64,000 nucleotides of DNA from Felis catus (lineage: Eukaryota): the NCBI RefSeq assembly GCF_018350175.1, contig NC_058378.1:76508001-76572000 (forward strand), written 5' to 3'. The notes beneath the pieces were generated by a model. That model was not told the origin of the DNA. It searched no databases and worked only from the letters and a program-made list of their open reading frames with translations. Each line of letters begins with the position of its first letter. Positions within the stretch are counted from its first letter, which is position 1. Below are positions 49,330 to 61,284 of this stretch, piece after piece. The position numbers and the translations under genes were made by a program.

Positions 49330-49965
49330 TGGAGAAAATGAAAATGAAAAGAACCAAGGGGGCCCACACAAATCATCAGTTCTTGACAAAGCTGCCAAGG
49401 CAATTCAATGTGCAAAGGCAGTATTCTGTACAAACAATGCTGGAGCAACCAGATAGCCTAAGGGGAAAAAGAACCTCAACCCCTGCTCCTTGGCACGTAC
49501 AAAAATTAATTTGAGATAGAATATAGATCTAAATATAAAAGGCAGTATTATAAAGCTTCTGGAGGAGAACGTAGGAGAAAATCTTCACAGATGTGGAATA
49601 GGCAAAGATTTCTTTGGGTACAAAAGGAATAACCCTAAAAGAGGAAATTGATAAGCGGGTCTCTGTCAAAACTAATAATGTGCACTCTTCGAAAGGTACT
49701 GCTAAGAAAATGCACAGTTTAGGCACAGATGAAGAGAAGATACTTGTAACATGTATAACTAACGAGGGACTAACATTCAGCCTATATTAAAAATTGCTTC
49801 AAATCAATAATCAAAAGGAAGAACCCAAGTTTAAAAATAGGCAACAGACACGCATAGGTACTTTACAAAAGAAGGTGGCAGAATGACCCAGACATACATG
49901 AAGAGATGTTCAACATCATGAGCCATCAAAAAACCGGAAATCAAAACCACAATATGATTTCATCC
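49330..49965 (+). mobile_element. L1 ORF2 fragment, inverted relative to the adjacent 3' end
   Basis: TTCTTGACAAAGCTGCCAAGGCAATTCAATG...ATAGATCTAAATATAAAAG...GGCAAAGATTTCTT...ATCAAAACCACAAT. Confidence 0.85.
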
Positions 49966-50814
49966 AGGATTCAGGCAGGTGTCATCAGAAGGGCACAGGA
50001 CTGTGAGTGAGGGACTTGAGTTCTGGTCCTGCCCCTGGCCCTGCCCCTGACTCCTGGGGTCTTGGCAAGGCCCAGAACTTCTGATGAGCAAGAGAGAAGA
50101 AGCAGCTATGCACTGAGTACATAGGTTTCTTCATCTTCAATTTGTTTTCTTGCACTCATATTCCAGAATTCTCACTTGTGCCACAGCATCTACGTCAGTG
50201 AGAATCCTGCTGGTGGCCCCCGCACAAAGATTTCTCTTTGGATGAAGTAAAGGTAGCGATATTCTGATTTTTCACATGATGAATTTGAACATAATAGACA
50301 AAGTCCTGCAGGGAAAAGAAAGTTCCTAGCTTAAATCCTCTTCTAAGAAGTGAAAGAACATTTTTATTTTCCTGAAAATGTTATAAATTCATACGTTTTT
50401 CTCCTTGGATGGAATAACAGCTAGTCTAAAGACATGAAGGGGTTAAATCATGTTCAATGTACTTTATACGTTTCCCAGAATCAGGAAAGTTGTTTTATAT
50501 TAGGTAGAATTTGGCTTAATGTACTTCAGTGTGTTATCTATAGTGATATATCCTCAAAGGTCTTATAAATACTACAACTTGAAAAGGTGAACGAACCGAG
50601 AATGCTTAGTTGGGAAAAGAGAAGCTTCTCTCTCTTTCTGTCTCTCTCTTTCCCTCCCTCATCCCACTCCGTCTCCATGTCTCCATTTCTTTCCAGTCAC
50701 AGAATAATTAAAGGACTGTTACAATGTAGAAGAATAGGCATTAAATATACTCTGTGGCCCATAAAACACAACTTGGACCTAGGGATATAGGCTACAGACA
50801 AACCTGTTTCTCCT

Positions 50815-50816
<2 letters not shown>

Positions 50817-50855
<39 letters not shown>
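50817..50855 (+). repeat. (AAC)13 microsatellite
   Basis: Direct reading. Confidence 0.97.
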
Positions 50856-50857
<2 letters not shown>

Positions 50858-50869
50858 ATCTCTCCAAAA

Positions 50870-50995
50870 ATGGAATGAGCAGTGAGTTCCACATCCCTGG
50901 AGGTGTTCAAGAAGACAGATATTTATTAACTATTTAGGAAGACATTCATGGACAAGGCTGAACTTGATGACCTCTCTTGAAATTTCTCTTGGATT
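50870..50995 (+). mobile_element. L3/CR1 3' fragment
   Basis: GTGAGTTCCACATCCCTGGAGGTGTTCAAG...GGCTGAACTTGATGACCTCT resembles the CR1/L3 terminus. Confidence 0.65.
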
Positions 50996-53308
50996 TTGGT
51001 GTTTTAGGCACATCAGCAAGTTTGTACCAGGCAATCATGGTGGAAAGCCTGAATGTGTGGGTCTCGGAGGTTAAGGGTCACCATGCTGGCCGCCTGTTGC
51101 CAGGTGACGCTCTTAGAGCACTTAGATGGGTGTCATTGAGATACAACGTGTACCTTTTGGAAATGAGATTATAAGAAATCGTTGCAAAGTTCCGTTCTCC
51201 AAAGGTGGCTTTGGTTTTCGGAAATAGCTGAAAGTCTGGTCAATATGGGATCACCATACTGTACAATGCTGTCTGAGGATCAAAAAAATATCCAACAGCA
51301 GAGGCATGATTATGGAGGGATGACGGGGACTTTCTTGGCATGCTCATAAGCTTGGCATAAAATATGAGAGATTTTCCCAGAGTGGCACTTGGAAAATGTG
51401 TGCAACCACAGAAGCACTGGGGGAAGCTGCAGTCATTTGAGTGTTTACATTCTGATGTGAGTTTTCAAAGATCAGTCTCACGCATTACAGCTATGGTGCT
51501 CATTATGTCTCCACAAGGGATGGACATGTTTATGTCATTTCTGATGACTGGGTGAGACTCTAGCGACTGCTCAAGTCTCTGAGCTTGCTGAAGCTCTGAC
51601 CCCTGATTCCTTCCCTGGGGAACGCGTCACATTCCACAGGAGTCTTACAAAGACCCAGTGGGAGCTGCCGAGTTGGACACCTGGGTGATCTGGCTGGAGT
51701 GCTTTATCTACCCTGCTTTCATTTCTTCGCTCCCTCGTCAATTCATTTATCTGCTGGGGTAGCAATACGGCACTTCTGGAGAGCTCTGTTATTTGGCACG
51801 CGTTTACAGCTGCACCGCTTCTGGAGCCGACCACCTCCACACCCGTGGAAGTGGCTGTCTGCTCTGTGGGATTTGGGACACCAAGAATGTCCTCTTCAGT
51901 CCCCTTTCAGTGGGAAGAGAACCCGCCTGCCCTTCAAGAGTGACCTCTCTTAAATTAGAAACTCTTCCGTGAGAGAGAGCCCACAAAATATCCTGATCCA
52001 GGTTTATACAGTAAAGAAGGCTAGAGCTTTCCCTGGAAGCCAAATCTGGTAAATGAAAAGGGACATCGTTAGGGCAGATGACAGGCTTGCTGACCGGAGT
52101 AAAGAAGGAAGAGGGGAAGAGACTGGACAGCAAACGGCAAGCCTTGGGTGACATCACAGCTTTGTTTAAAGTCTTGCAAATTTGTGTTGACAAAGCGGTG
52201 CTGTCTTACCAGGGAGCGCCCAGCATAACTCATTCACTGGTGAAAGACCTTGGGCGTAGACAAGAATTCGGTGGTGGGGGGTGGGGTACATGCCAGTTGT
52301 CTTCAGTCTGCCTGGGGGTGTCCTGGCCCTTGTTTGTTTGCTACACGTCAAACAATTTCCCTACTCCAAAGTATCAGCCCCTATTTGTGAGGCTTTGGGT
52401 GAAGGTTTCATTCCCTGCTTAGGGATCAAGCATGTGACCCAGGCTTGAGACAGTCAGTCCATCAGGATTCCCTGGCCACAGTGATGGATTCATGTCCAGC
52501 AGTGCCACTGACATTCAATGACACTTTGGCTGGGAGCTCTGGGATCAAGATCAAGGTCGTTCCCGCCAGATTTGACTCTGAGCCTGCAAAGCTGGGATTC
52601 TTGCAGCCAACTTGCAACTACCAGGAACCTGAGACTGAAGCCAATACAGTGCAGACAGAACGGAGAGAAGAAGAACCAAGAGAATAGATTCAGGCAATCA
52701 GACAGGAAGTTGAACTGGGCAGCTTTTTAGATGTGTTTCAGAGTCACTTCTTAATGACTACAGCAATGAGATCACATGCCCTTCAAACTCCCTCCCAAGG
52801 CATCTCTAATACAAGCAAAAATGATAAACACACTGTGGCACAAAGATTCTAATTCTGTAATCTTGGTAAAAGACTCTGGTGGGCAGGGATATTAGAACTA
52901 GGTCTCTGCCACGAACCTACGCTTGGTTTTGCTCTTCCAGGAAGGTGGACCGACTGTGCCCTCCAAACCTCTTCCAACCTTCTGCATCTACCCTCTTACC
53001 TTCACCCAGAATTTCTTCCCTTTGTGTCTTCCTACTCTGCCTTACAGGAACCAACTGTCCTCTACAAGGCTAGTCCCTGGCCATCCCAGACCAAAGGAAT
53101 GACTCTAACTTCTGACCTCTGACTGATCCAGTTTTCTGAAGCACTACTTTGGACTTACTAAGGCTGCTTTGCATGGCTTCTTGATGTTTCTTCACGACTC
53201 TTTGGCTCCCCATCCTCCCCGTAATTATCCAGGTTATGAATCCTAACACCTAGCACACGGCTTTGCACAGGCTGCACTCAGTGGATGCTTATAACAAGGG
53301 ATATTTTA

Positions 53309-53546
53309 TTTTTTATTTTATTTATTTATTTAAAAAATTTTTTTTAACGTTTATTTATTTTTGAGACAGAGAGACAGAGCATGAACGGGGGAGGGGCAGA
53401 GAGAGAGGGAGACACAGAATCGGAAGCAGGCTCCAGGCTCTGAGCCATCAGCCCAGAGCCCGATGCGGGGCTCGAACTCACGGACCGTGAGATTGTGACC
53501 TGAGCCGAAGTCGGATGCTTAACTGACTGAGCCACCCAGGCGCCCC
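53309..53546 (-). mobile_element. Fairly young Can-SINE (SINEC_Fc)
   Basis: Perfect 16-bp TSD AACAAGGGATATTTTA. Confidence 0.97.
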
Positions 53547-53890
53547 AACAAGGGATATTTTAATAACATGGGCTCTTGTTAGTGTCCCCTCCTGGAATAT
53601 GGCCACCTGCCAGTCTCAGATCATTAGAATTCATTGGGTTGACTATAGGATCTCCTATACCACTTGGCCAACCTGCGTGAATCCAGTTGTGTTCAAGGCC
53701 CAAGACACAGAGGAGACAGAACCATACCTCTTTCCCCCAAGTTCTTCCCTCTCCACCACACCTGACACCCCACATACCAACTGAGATACATAGTCCATTC
53801 GTTAATTTGCCAAAAACTCATCAAGCACAGTGTGCCAGGCATTGGGTGTACAGAGATGGGCAAATCAGAGGAATTTGATTCCTCTGTGGG

Positions 53891-53919
53891 TTTTTTAAAA
53901 ATTTATTTTTATTTATTTT

Positions 53920-53965
<46 letters not shown>

Positions 53966-54098
53966 GAGAGAGAGAGAGAGTGTGTCTCAGGCAGGCTCTG
54001 TGCTGGCATGGGGCTCGATCTCAAAACTGTGAGATCATGACCTGAGCCGAAATCAAGAGTCAGATGCTTAACCGTTGACTGAGTCACCCAGGCACCCC
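53891..54098 (-). mobile_element. Can-SINE, older subtype, with expanded (AG)n linker
   Basis: GAGCCGAAATCAAGAGTCAGATG...GTCACCCAGGCACCCC. Confidence 0.93.
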
Positions 54099-54789
54099 AC
54101 TGCCTGTGGTTTTGATGTGAAGCCTCTTCCACACAGAGCTAGGATTGTTCTTCCTCTGTCTGCCTCTCTGTCCCTAGACCCTGAGATGTCTGGGCTTAGG
54201 TATCTCAGGTCTGTCATGTGTCCCCTTGGAGACAGGGTCTGTTTGTCCTTTGCTGGTGCCAAAGCCCTCCTCCAAAGCTCTTCTCTCCACCTACTCCCCC
54301 TTTTGTCCAAAATTGAGATATGGTTTCTCATTCCCAGGGACTACCCTCTAATCCATTTCTCATACTCATAAAATCCTGGCTGGGTCTCTCCTAAAACCCA
54401 TGAGATCTGGTCTCCCCAGGGACAAACTAATGGTTAGTGTGAGCTTTGTATCTTGAATGTCCATTTGGCTTAAGTTAATAAAGCTAAAGGAAATACTCGC
54501 AGTCCTGACAGGGGATGGGAAAAGCAAAGCCAAATCCCCTCTGGGCTCTGGCTTGAGGTCATGACCCCCAGGCCAGCAGCCAGTGGTGAAGGTCTGGCCT
54601 TTTGTGAACCCTAAGGATGACACTCCTGGTCTTACTGCCCCAGGGGCTCATGGCTGACCCCAATGGCCTGTCCTTTTCGCTTTTCACAGCGCTGCAGCCC
54701 CAAAGGTGCTGAGGGTGGGGGTCGGAGGAAGCCCACCCCAGGGGCTGCCTGGCGCTGGTGGGTGGGTGAAGAGCCAGGCTCACCTTTGC

Positions 54790-56470
54790 CCTCAGTCCGT
54801 GTGCCAGGACTCTGGAGCCTGGCTGGCGGTTCCTGAGCGCAAAACGAAGCCTACTAGGGCTCTCGGGGTGGGTGGTGGGAAGGGGGCGGGGGCAACTTTA
54901 TAGACAATAAAGGTTAGAATTTCAGGTTGGCAAGGGGTAGGGAGAGCAAAAAAGCGGGAGGGAGGGTGCGGGGCTCCGCAGGAGCGGAGGGTGCCGGGGC
55001 TGCCTGGGCCTGAGAATCCCCCGGCGCGTCTCCACCACCTGCCCACGTGCGTGCGTGCGCCGGCAGCCCGAGGCCGGTCAGCGGGAGTCGGAGGCCGAGC
55101 CCGGAGCCGCAGAGCAGCCGCAGGCGGAGACCCAGCGAGCGCGCTGCCCCGGGAGCGGAGCGCAGGGGCCGCCCACTGGCGGGGGAGCCGGGGAGCGCGC
55201 AGGGGAGGCGGCGGCGGCCGCGGCGGCGGGGCTTCCCCGGGCTTCCCCTCCCCTCCCCGGGCCAGGGCGCGGAGGCGGCGCTCGGCGCCAGGGCGCGGGG
55301 AGTCCCCAGGGCGCCCCCAGCTCGGCGCGGGGCCGCGGGGCGGGGAGCGGCGGGCGCGGCGTCCGCGAGCCCCCGGGCCCCGCGGCGGGAGGTTCGGGCC
55401 GAGCCCTCCCCAGCGCCCGCCCGCCCCCGCCCGGCGCCCGCCTCCCGCCCCCGCCCGCGGCCTGGAGCGCGCCTCCCTCGCCGCCCCGGGTCTGGCGAGC
55501 CGGCGCCGGTCGAGCTGCGGGAGCCGCCGAGAGCACCAGCCGCCGCCGCCGCCTCCCCGGGAGCTGCTCCGGCCGCACCATGCGGGAGCTGGCCATCGAG
55601 ATCGGGGTCCGGGCCCTGCTCTTCGGAGTGTTCGTGTAAGTAGTGGTGCGCCGCGGGCGGGGGCGCGCGGACGCGGGGACCCACGGACCAAGCGTGTCTG
55701 CGCCCCAACTTTGTTTGCGCCACCGCGTCCCTTCGGGGCCTGGATTCGAGGTCTCCTCCCCGCCCAGTGCCCGGGATGTGTCCTACGGGACCGTCCTGGT
55801 CCCCTTCCAGGGACCCTGGGCGCGGAGGGACCCACATACGCCGGACGAAGACTCGCTCCCGCCACCCCCATCGCGCCAGGGAGCGGGACCGGCCGCCGCT
55901 CGGGTCCCCTCGCCTGCGCTTGTCGCCGGGTGCTGCCCGGGTGCTGCCCGGGGACTCAGGTTGCACCCCTGGAAGCGGGAGCGCAACCTCGCTCGCGCAC
56001 TCGGGAAGTTTCTCTTTCTGTGCGATCTTCTGAGCCCGACGTTTGCAGTCCTTCCTCCTGGCCCATCTCCCATCGCCGTGCGCAGGGCCAGGCTGGATCT
56101 CCTTCCGTGGCCCTGGCCCTGGCTTTGGCGACCGGGGTTCAGGTGAGCGTTTCCCCCAGGAGACGTTTGCGGTACTTCTCTGGCTGGAAAACTGTTGCTG
56201 CGGAGGCTGGGGAGGTCGGGGGCCGGAGCCCGAGGTACGGGATCCGTACGCCCCGAGCTCAGTGCGGAGCCCTTGTCCGCTTAGGGTGCGGGCGGGCGCC
56301 AATGGGGATAGCAGCGAAATGCCTCTGGTGGCTCCGAGCGGCTGGTACCTGGAAATAGCGATCTTGGAAAGAGGAGGGGGCTCCGGGCGCAGGCTCTTTT
56401 AGAGATGTCTGACCCCCAGGGCGCCTCAGGGACCCGCTACCCGCCGGCCCCCGAGGCCCAAGCAGCAGAG
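54790..56470. promoter_or_regulatory. CpG island / PLPP4 promoter and 5' UTR
   Basis: Abrupt switch to very GC- and CpG-rich, repeat-free sequence around exon 1; GC box GGGGCGGGG at 54883-54891; E-box CACGTG at 55044-55049. TSS cannot be fixed from sequence alone. Confidence 0.9.
55580..55635 (+). CDS. PLPP4: PLPP4 (phospholipid phosphatase 4 / PPAPDC1A) first coding exon, 56 nt, phase-2 intron follows; rest of gene lies beyond the window
   Basis: ATG at 55580 in Kozak-like context GCCGCACCATGC; translates MRELAIEIGVRALLFGVFV, matching the mammalian PLPP4 N-terminus as I recall it; immediately followed by consensus donor GTAAGT at 55636; lies in a CpG island. Confidence 0.95.
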
Positions 56471-58819
56471 AGCTGTCGCCGTCTCTGCCTTTCCAGATCC
56501 GAGCCTTTAACACCAGCTCAGACCCACTCCACAGCCCCCTATGATCTCTTGCCAGGCAGGCGACGGCACCTGCACTTGACCCTACATTAGCTGGTCAGGT
56601 TCTCTTTGCCCCTCCGCCCATGACTGTTTTCTGACACATTTGAAATATTAAAGTTGCATGAACTTTCTGGACTTGCCAGGTTCTTTTGAAAAGCCCATGC
56701 ATGCAGCCATTCCAAACAGGAGGCCCCTCTCTGGATTTCTGCCCCAGCCTGGAGTCATTGATGGCAGGTGGGAGGCTGTGAGTTGACTTCTGTTTCGTGC
56801 AGCCCAGGGTATACACATGGAAAGAAAGACCCTTTCTTGCATGTTTTTCTTTACTAGGGATTAAATTCATCCAGAGTATTGATTCACACCATCATAAAGG
56901 GTGATGAGTTCCCCCAGATGCAGGCAAGCCCCCTCTCCCAGCTTCTGACTAAACACTGCTGTTATTCAGTGCGAAGAAGGAATTAGAAGAACTTCAGTTG
57001 GGTTTTGATGCATTTGGAAAAACAAAAAAACACTTTTCCCTTCTCTTACTCCATCTTTCTACCTTTGGAACGTATATTAAAACTAGAGATTGCTGTGTGA
57101 TCAGATGGGGCCAGATCTGATTGGCAGATAGGCTAGTTCCATTATATTATTATATGATAGAAATGATAAAATAGTGTTCAGTGCACAGGATTTACCAGAC
57201 GTTTGTTTGGTAAATGTGAGTGTGCGTAATGCTGAAATAAAGTGAGGTAGGCTGGTAGGCTGCCTGGTCTGATTGTTGCTGGAAATTGTCAGATAATGAA
57301 AGGGTCCAATGGTATGCAAATATTTATATTGTTTTCAGATTTCAAATAGCCCCCAAAACACTTATGAGATGTTTACAGATATATGACGCTCTGTGCAGTG
57401 GCTTTGAAAATGTGATAATTACTGCTTTGTGTGCTTTTTTGCTTCCTCAAGGAACGTTATGTAAAAATCAGGCAGTTTTATATTCTTTTCTCCAAAGTTC
57501 CCTTTTGTATTAATTAATGGGGGCTCTGCCGTTACCCAAAGGGAAACATTTGGGCACTGATGGTGTTTTGGGGTGATTCCCTGATTTTCTGTCAGTTGGA
57601 ACCAGTACAGTGGATCCAACTTGTGGCTCCTTTACCTGCAAAGACCAGCTTTGGTATCGGTGTGAGACTGCCTGGGTGGGAATCTTGGATGTTCAGATGC
57701 TGTTATCATCAGGCAGAGATAACGACTTCCGGAAGGACAGGCTAGGCGCACATAGATACAGATGACCCTTTGTTTTCTTAGATAAGCTTCTGGTGGGATA
57801 ACAGAGGCTGGATTTTGGGGGAAGGTTTGTTCTTCCTTTCTCCAGCGCTGGTCTGATGGCAAGATTTCAGTGGTTTGTACCCACCTGTGCCCATGAAGGT
57901 GGTGGTCTCCGTAGCAGAGTGGGTTGAGAAAATCCTTCTGGGCAAGCTGCATCCACTTTCTCTGCAGCTGGGTCCAGTGTAGCTGATAAAAGTCATCATC
58001 TGCTTCTGCTTGTTGTATGTACCCTATTTCTCAGGATAAGAGAATAACCTTTTTGGGGGGAGGGGAGACTCCTTGCTTCTTTGCAAACTTGTGCCTCTGG
58101 GAGGACGTCACCTGTAGATGCACCTGTTCTGTGATTATATTTTCTCTGAGTGAGAGCAAGACCCCACTGCCTGAGGCCCACATGCTCCTGTAGACTTGAA
58201 GTGAGTGCTAATGAAATGCAGTTTTGGACCTTGAGGTTGTGGGGTTATAGGCTTTTCCTTTCTACTTAGGGAACCACTTCTCTGTCTCTAGGCCAGGTTT
58301 AGTGCTGAGGTTTGGCGATTCAGGATCCCAAGAGCATGCCCTCCAGGAACCCCCCATAGACCATCCAAGAGATGTGCAATGTCCTTTGGGCAGCCCTGAC
58401 CAAGAAGTTCAAACCACCGGGAAGAAAATTAGTAACGAGTAACACAAATCAGGGCTGGCACAGAAAGCTTAACCGAACAGGGAATAAAATGGTTAGAGGA
58501 GCCCAGTGTTTAGGAAAAATCAAAGTACAATGTGTAGCTTTGAGGCTGCATTTAGTGCTCTGAAGCTTGCCCGGAGGCCCCTTTGCTCTTACTTATGGAG
58601 TGTGGGCAGAGCAGAGAGGAGGAGCTTCAGTGGGCTTCCTCCATTTTCCTGCCACCCAAGGCTCCGGCAGATTCTGTGAGCTTGTGTGTACCTGCAAAGC
58701 CAGCACCGGACCTCGGTGAGCAAACGAAGTGTGGATACGAGGTGGTCAGTCAACAGCCTCTCAGCCAGTGTTACACTGTTGGTAGTATATTACCTCCACT
58801 TTTACTGCTGTCACCAGTA

Positions 58820-59030
58820 CAGTAAGTGCCATTTATTGAAGGTTTATTACGTCCCAGGCAATAATGAAGATGATCACACAGATTTAACCCTTACACACAC
58901 TCCACGAAGCGGGTATGTTGGCATTTGTGTTCACGCATGAAGAGGCCGAAGCAAAGACAGGTTAAGGAACCGCCCAAGTCACAGAGCGAATATGGGAAGC
59001 CCTGAGATCCAAATCTAGACGGTCCTTCTG
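58820..59030 (-). mobile_element. MIR (intronic)
   Basis: CCATTTATTGAAGGTTTATTACGTCCCAGGCA...GGTTAAGGAACCGCCCAAGTCACAGAGC. Confidence 0.7.
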
Positions 59031-61027
59031 CGTCATCTGGACTCTCAGTCACCTCGCTATACTGCTTCAGGAAGAATAACAGCCGGTGCGCGGCTCTCAA
59101 GGGTTTACTGTGCATAAGACATTCAAACAAAGAAAGCAAGATTTAGACAGGGTGAGTAGCTGGCCTGAGGACACTCAGGTAGCAGGAGGTATAATCTGGA
59201 TCTGAACAGGCAGCTGAACCCCACGTCCCACAGCCATCAGCCGCTGAGATACAATGTGTCTGGCACCAGACTTTGGAAACTAGAGCAAAAGTGACTGCAT
59301 CCTAGAAGCGATCCCCTTACCGTGACCTATTGTCTCCAGAGAAGCAAATGAATGGCGTAGAATGATGTGTGGGAAGAGGCGTCACTCTGGTTCTCATAGC
59401 AGACTCTTAGGATGACATTTCAAAGGGCATGGGGTGGTAGTTATGGGTCCCATGCCCTAAGAGACGGGATTAGGATATGTTACAGACTTTGCAGGGTCTC
59501 CCTTAGTCTCTGGAGCCCAGAGGGTGAGGTGTGGGGAGAGAAACTTGCAGGTAAGAACCTAATTGGTAGATTAAAGAACTGGAGAGTGTGTATACTCTCT
59601 CTTGCACCTTTTGGCCCTTGCCTCCAGGACATCAGTTCATCCGGAAAACCCTTTATTTATAGCGCTGCAGAAAGGGCTCTGGAAATAAGACAACAATCAG
59701 AAATGCCGGTGGAGAGGGAAGGTGATCTACCTGTTTCACCTGTGAGCCCAGGTTCCCTGGGGTCCTCAGTCCCTCTCTCCACTACCCGCTCTGAGTGGCC
59801 CCCTGTCTGGGATGTCCCTCTGGGAGCTGTGGGTTGCTCAGCGAGTGGATGACATTTGCCTCAATTCAGATCAATCCTGTGTCTTTCTTGGAGCACTTCC
59901 TGTGCAGGAGACCTGTGCTGGGTGCAGGGGCCGGGAGGGGGGGTGTTGTTTGAAGAAGGAAGGCTGGGGGGGCCTCCTGGCAGCTCACAGGTTGGCTAAG
60001 CAAGCACACAGTGGACCACTAGTGATTTTCCCCAGTGTAATCGCTTGCTTTGGAAGTTTTTCCTCCCAACGTTTTTATCATCCATCCAGGTGACAGATGC
60101 TTATTTGGCACCTTCTAGGGGCCAGCACTGTACGAGTTCTTTTCCTTCCCCTTCGTTGGTGCACTCTGGTTGGTATCATTCCAAACAGACACAGGGAAAC
60201 TTGGCACCTTTGCTGGTCCAGGTGATTTGCCTGAGGGCACTAGCTGTCAGGATTTTTGGAGTAGTGACGGAAGCTAACGTATCTTCAGTATTACCCCGAA
60301 GAGTCCTGTCCGGGGCTCGAGGCCAAGGACAGTTGTAGTTGGAGCAAAGTGCTCCGTTTACTGAGGAGGGGTTAATTAGTCCCAGGAGGGATGGGAAGGT
60401 GGGGACAGGTGCCAGGGAAGGCTGCCCAGAACTGGCACCTCACCTCAGTCTTGAGTATCCAGCAGCAGGCCCTAGGACATTCCTGTGGACAGAGTGGCCT
60501 GGAGCAAAGGCCTAGAGGTCTGGAGGCATATTCTGGATGGGGATCAGGTCTCTGGGCGTGGCCTCGGCATAGAGTGTGGGTCTGGAGGTGGCTGGTAGGA
60601 GGGGCAGGAAGTGAGTCTGGGACAGCAATGTGGGTGGTCTCAGTGCCCTGCTGGGAAGCGTGGACATTCCTTTATAAGCAGTAACTGGGGAGCCCCGGGA
60701 GATTTGAAACAAAAAAGCATCATGGTAAGACACTTGCCTGGTGGTGGAAAGTGACAGCTCCCTCGGGCGGGCACGTAGGCCCTGTTTACGTTTGTAAGTG
60801 ACAGTGCCCAGCTGCTGTGCCCCACGGTGTGTGCGCTCTGGGGGCCTGGGTTGCGGTCAGCTGTCTCTGTGGCTGGCTCCATACTGCCAGCTGTTGGATC
60901 GTGGGGGCCAGCACTGTGTCATCGTCTTCTTTGCTTTGTCTATATTCCCAGCCAGGCCTTGCCACTAGCGCGGTCTGTGCCTCTTGAGTGCTCACCAGAT
61001 TGCGTTCGATTTCTGATGGCCATTTCT

Positions 61028-61204
61028 TTTTTTTTTTTTTTAATTTTTTTTTTCAACGTTTTTATTTATTTTTGGGACAGAGAGAGACAGAGCATGAACG
61101 GGGGAGGGGCAGAGAGAGAGGGAGACACAGAATCGGAAACAGGCTCCAGGCTCTGAGCCATCAGCCCAGAGCCTGACGCGGGGCTCGAACTCCCGGACCG
61201 CAAG
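61028..61204 (-). mobile_element. Young 5'-truncated SINEC_Fc, antisense in PLPP4 intron 1
   Basis: Perfect 16-bp TSD TCTGATGGCCATTTCT (61012-61027 and 61205-61220); about 50 nt of the head missing. Confidence 0.96.
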
Positions 61205-61284
61205 TCTGATGGCCATTTCTGATGGTCACATAGACCCCAGGGTGATCTGCCTCAGTGCAGAATGAGGCTTCCTTAAAGGTTTGC

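Noticed and set aside
54792-56402. Long overlapping ORFs on both strands (359, 462, 455, 198 aa etc.)
   Set aside because: Arg/Gly/Pro/Ala-rich products typical of stop-poor CpG-island DNA; only the 19-codon PLPP4 start with its splice donor is recognisable.
57236-57241. Sense AATAAA in intron 1 as an intronic polyadenylation site
   Set aside because: A hexamer is expected by chance in AT-rich intron; no further support from sequence.
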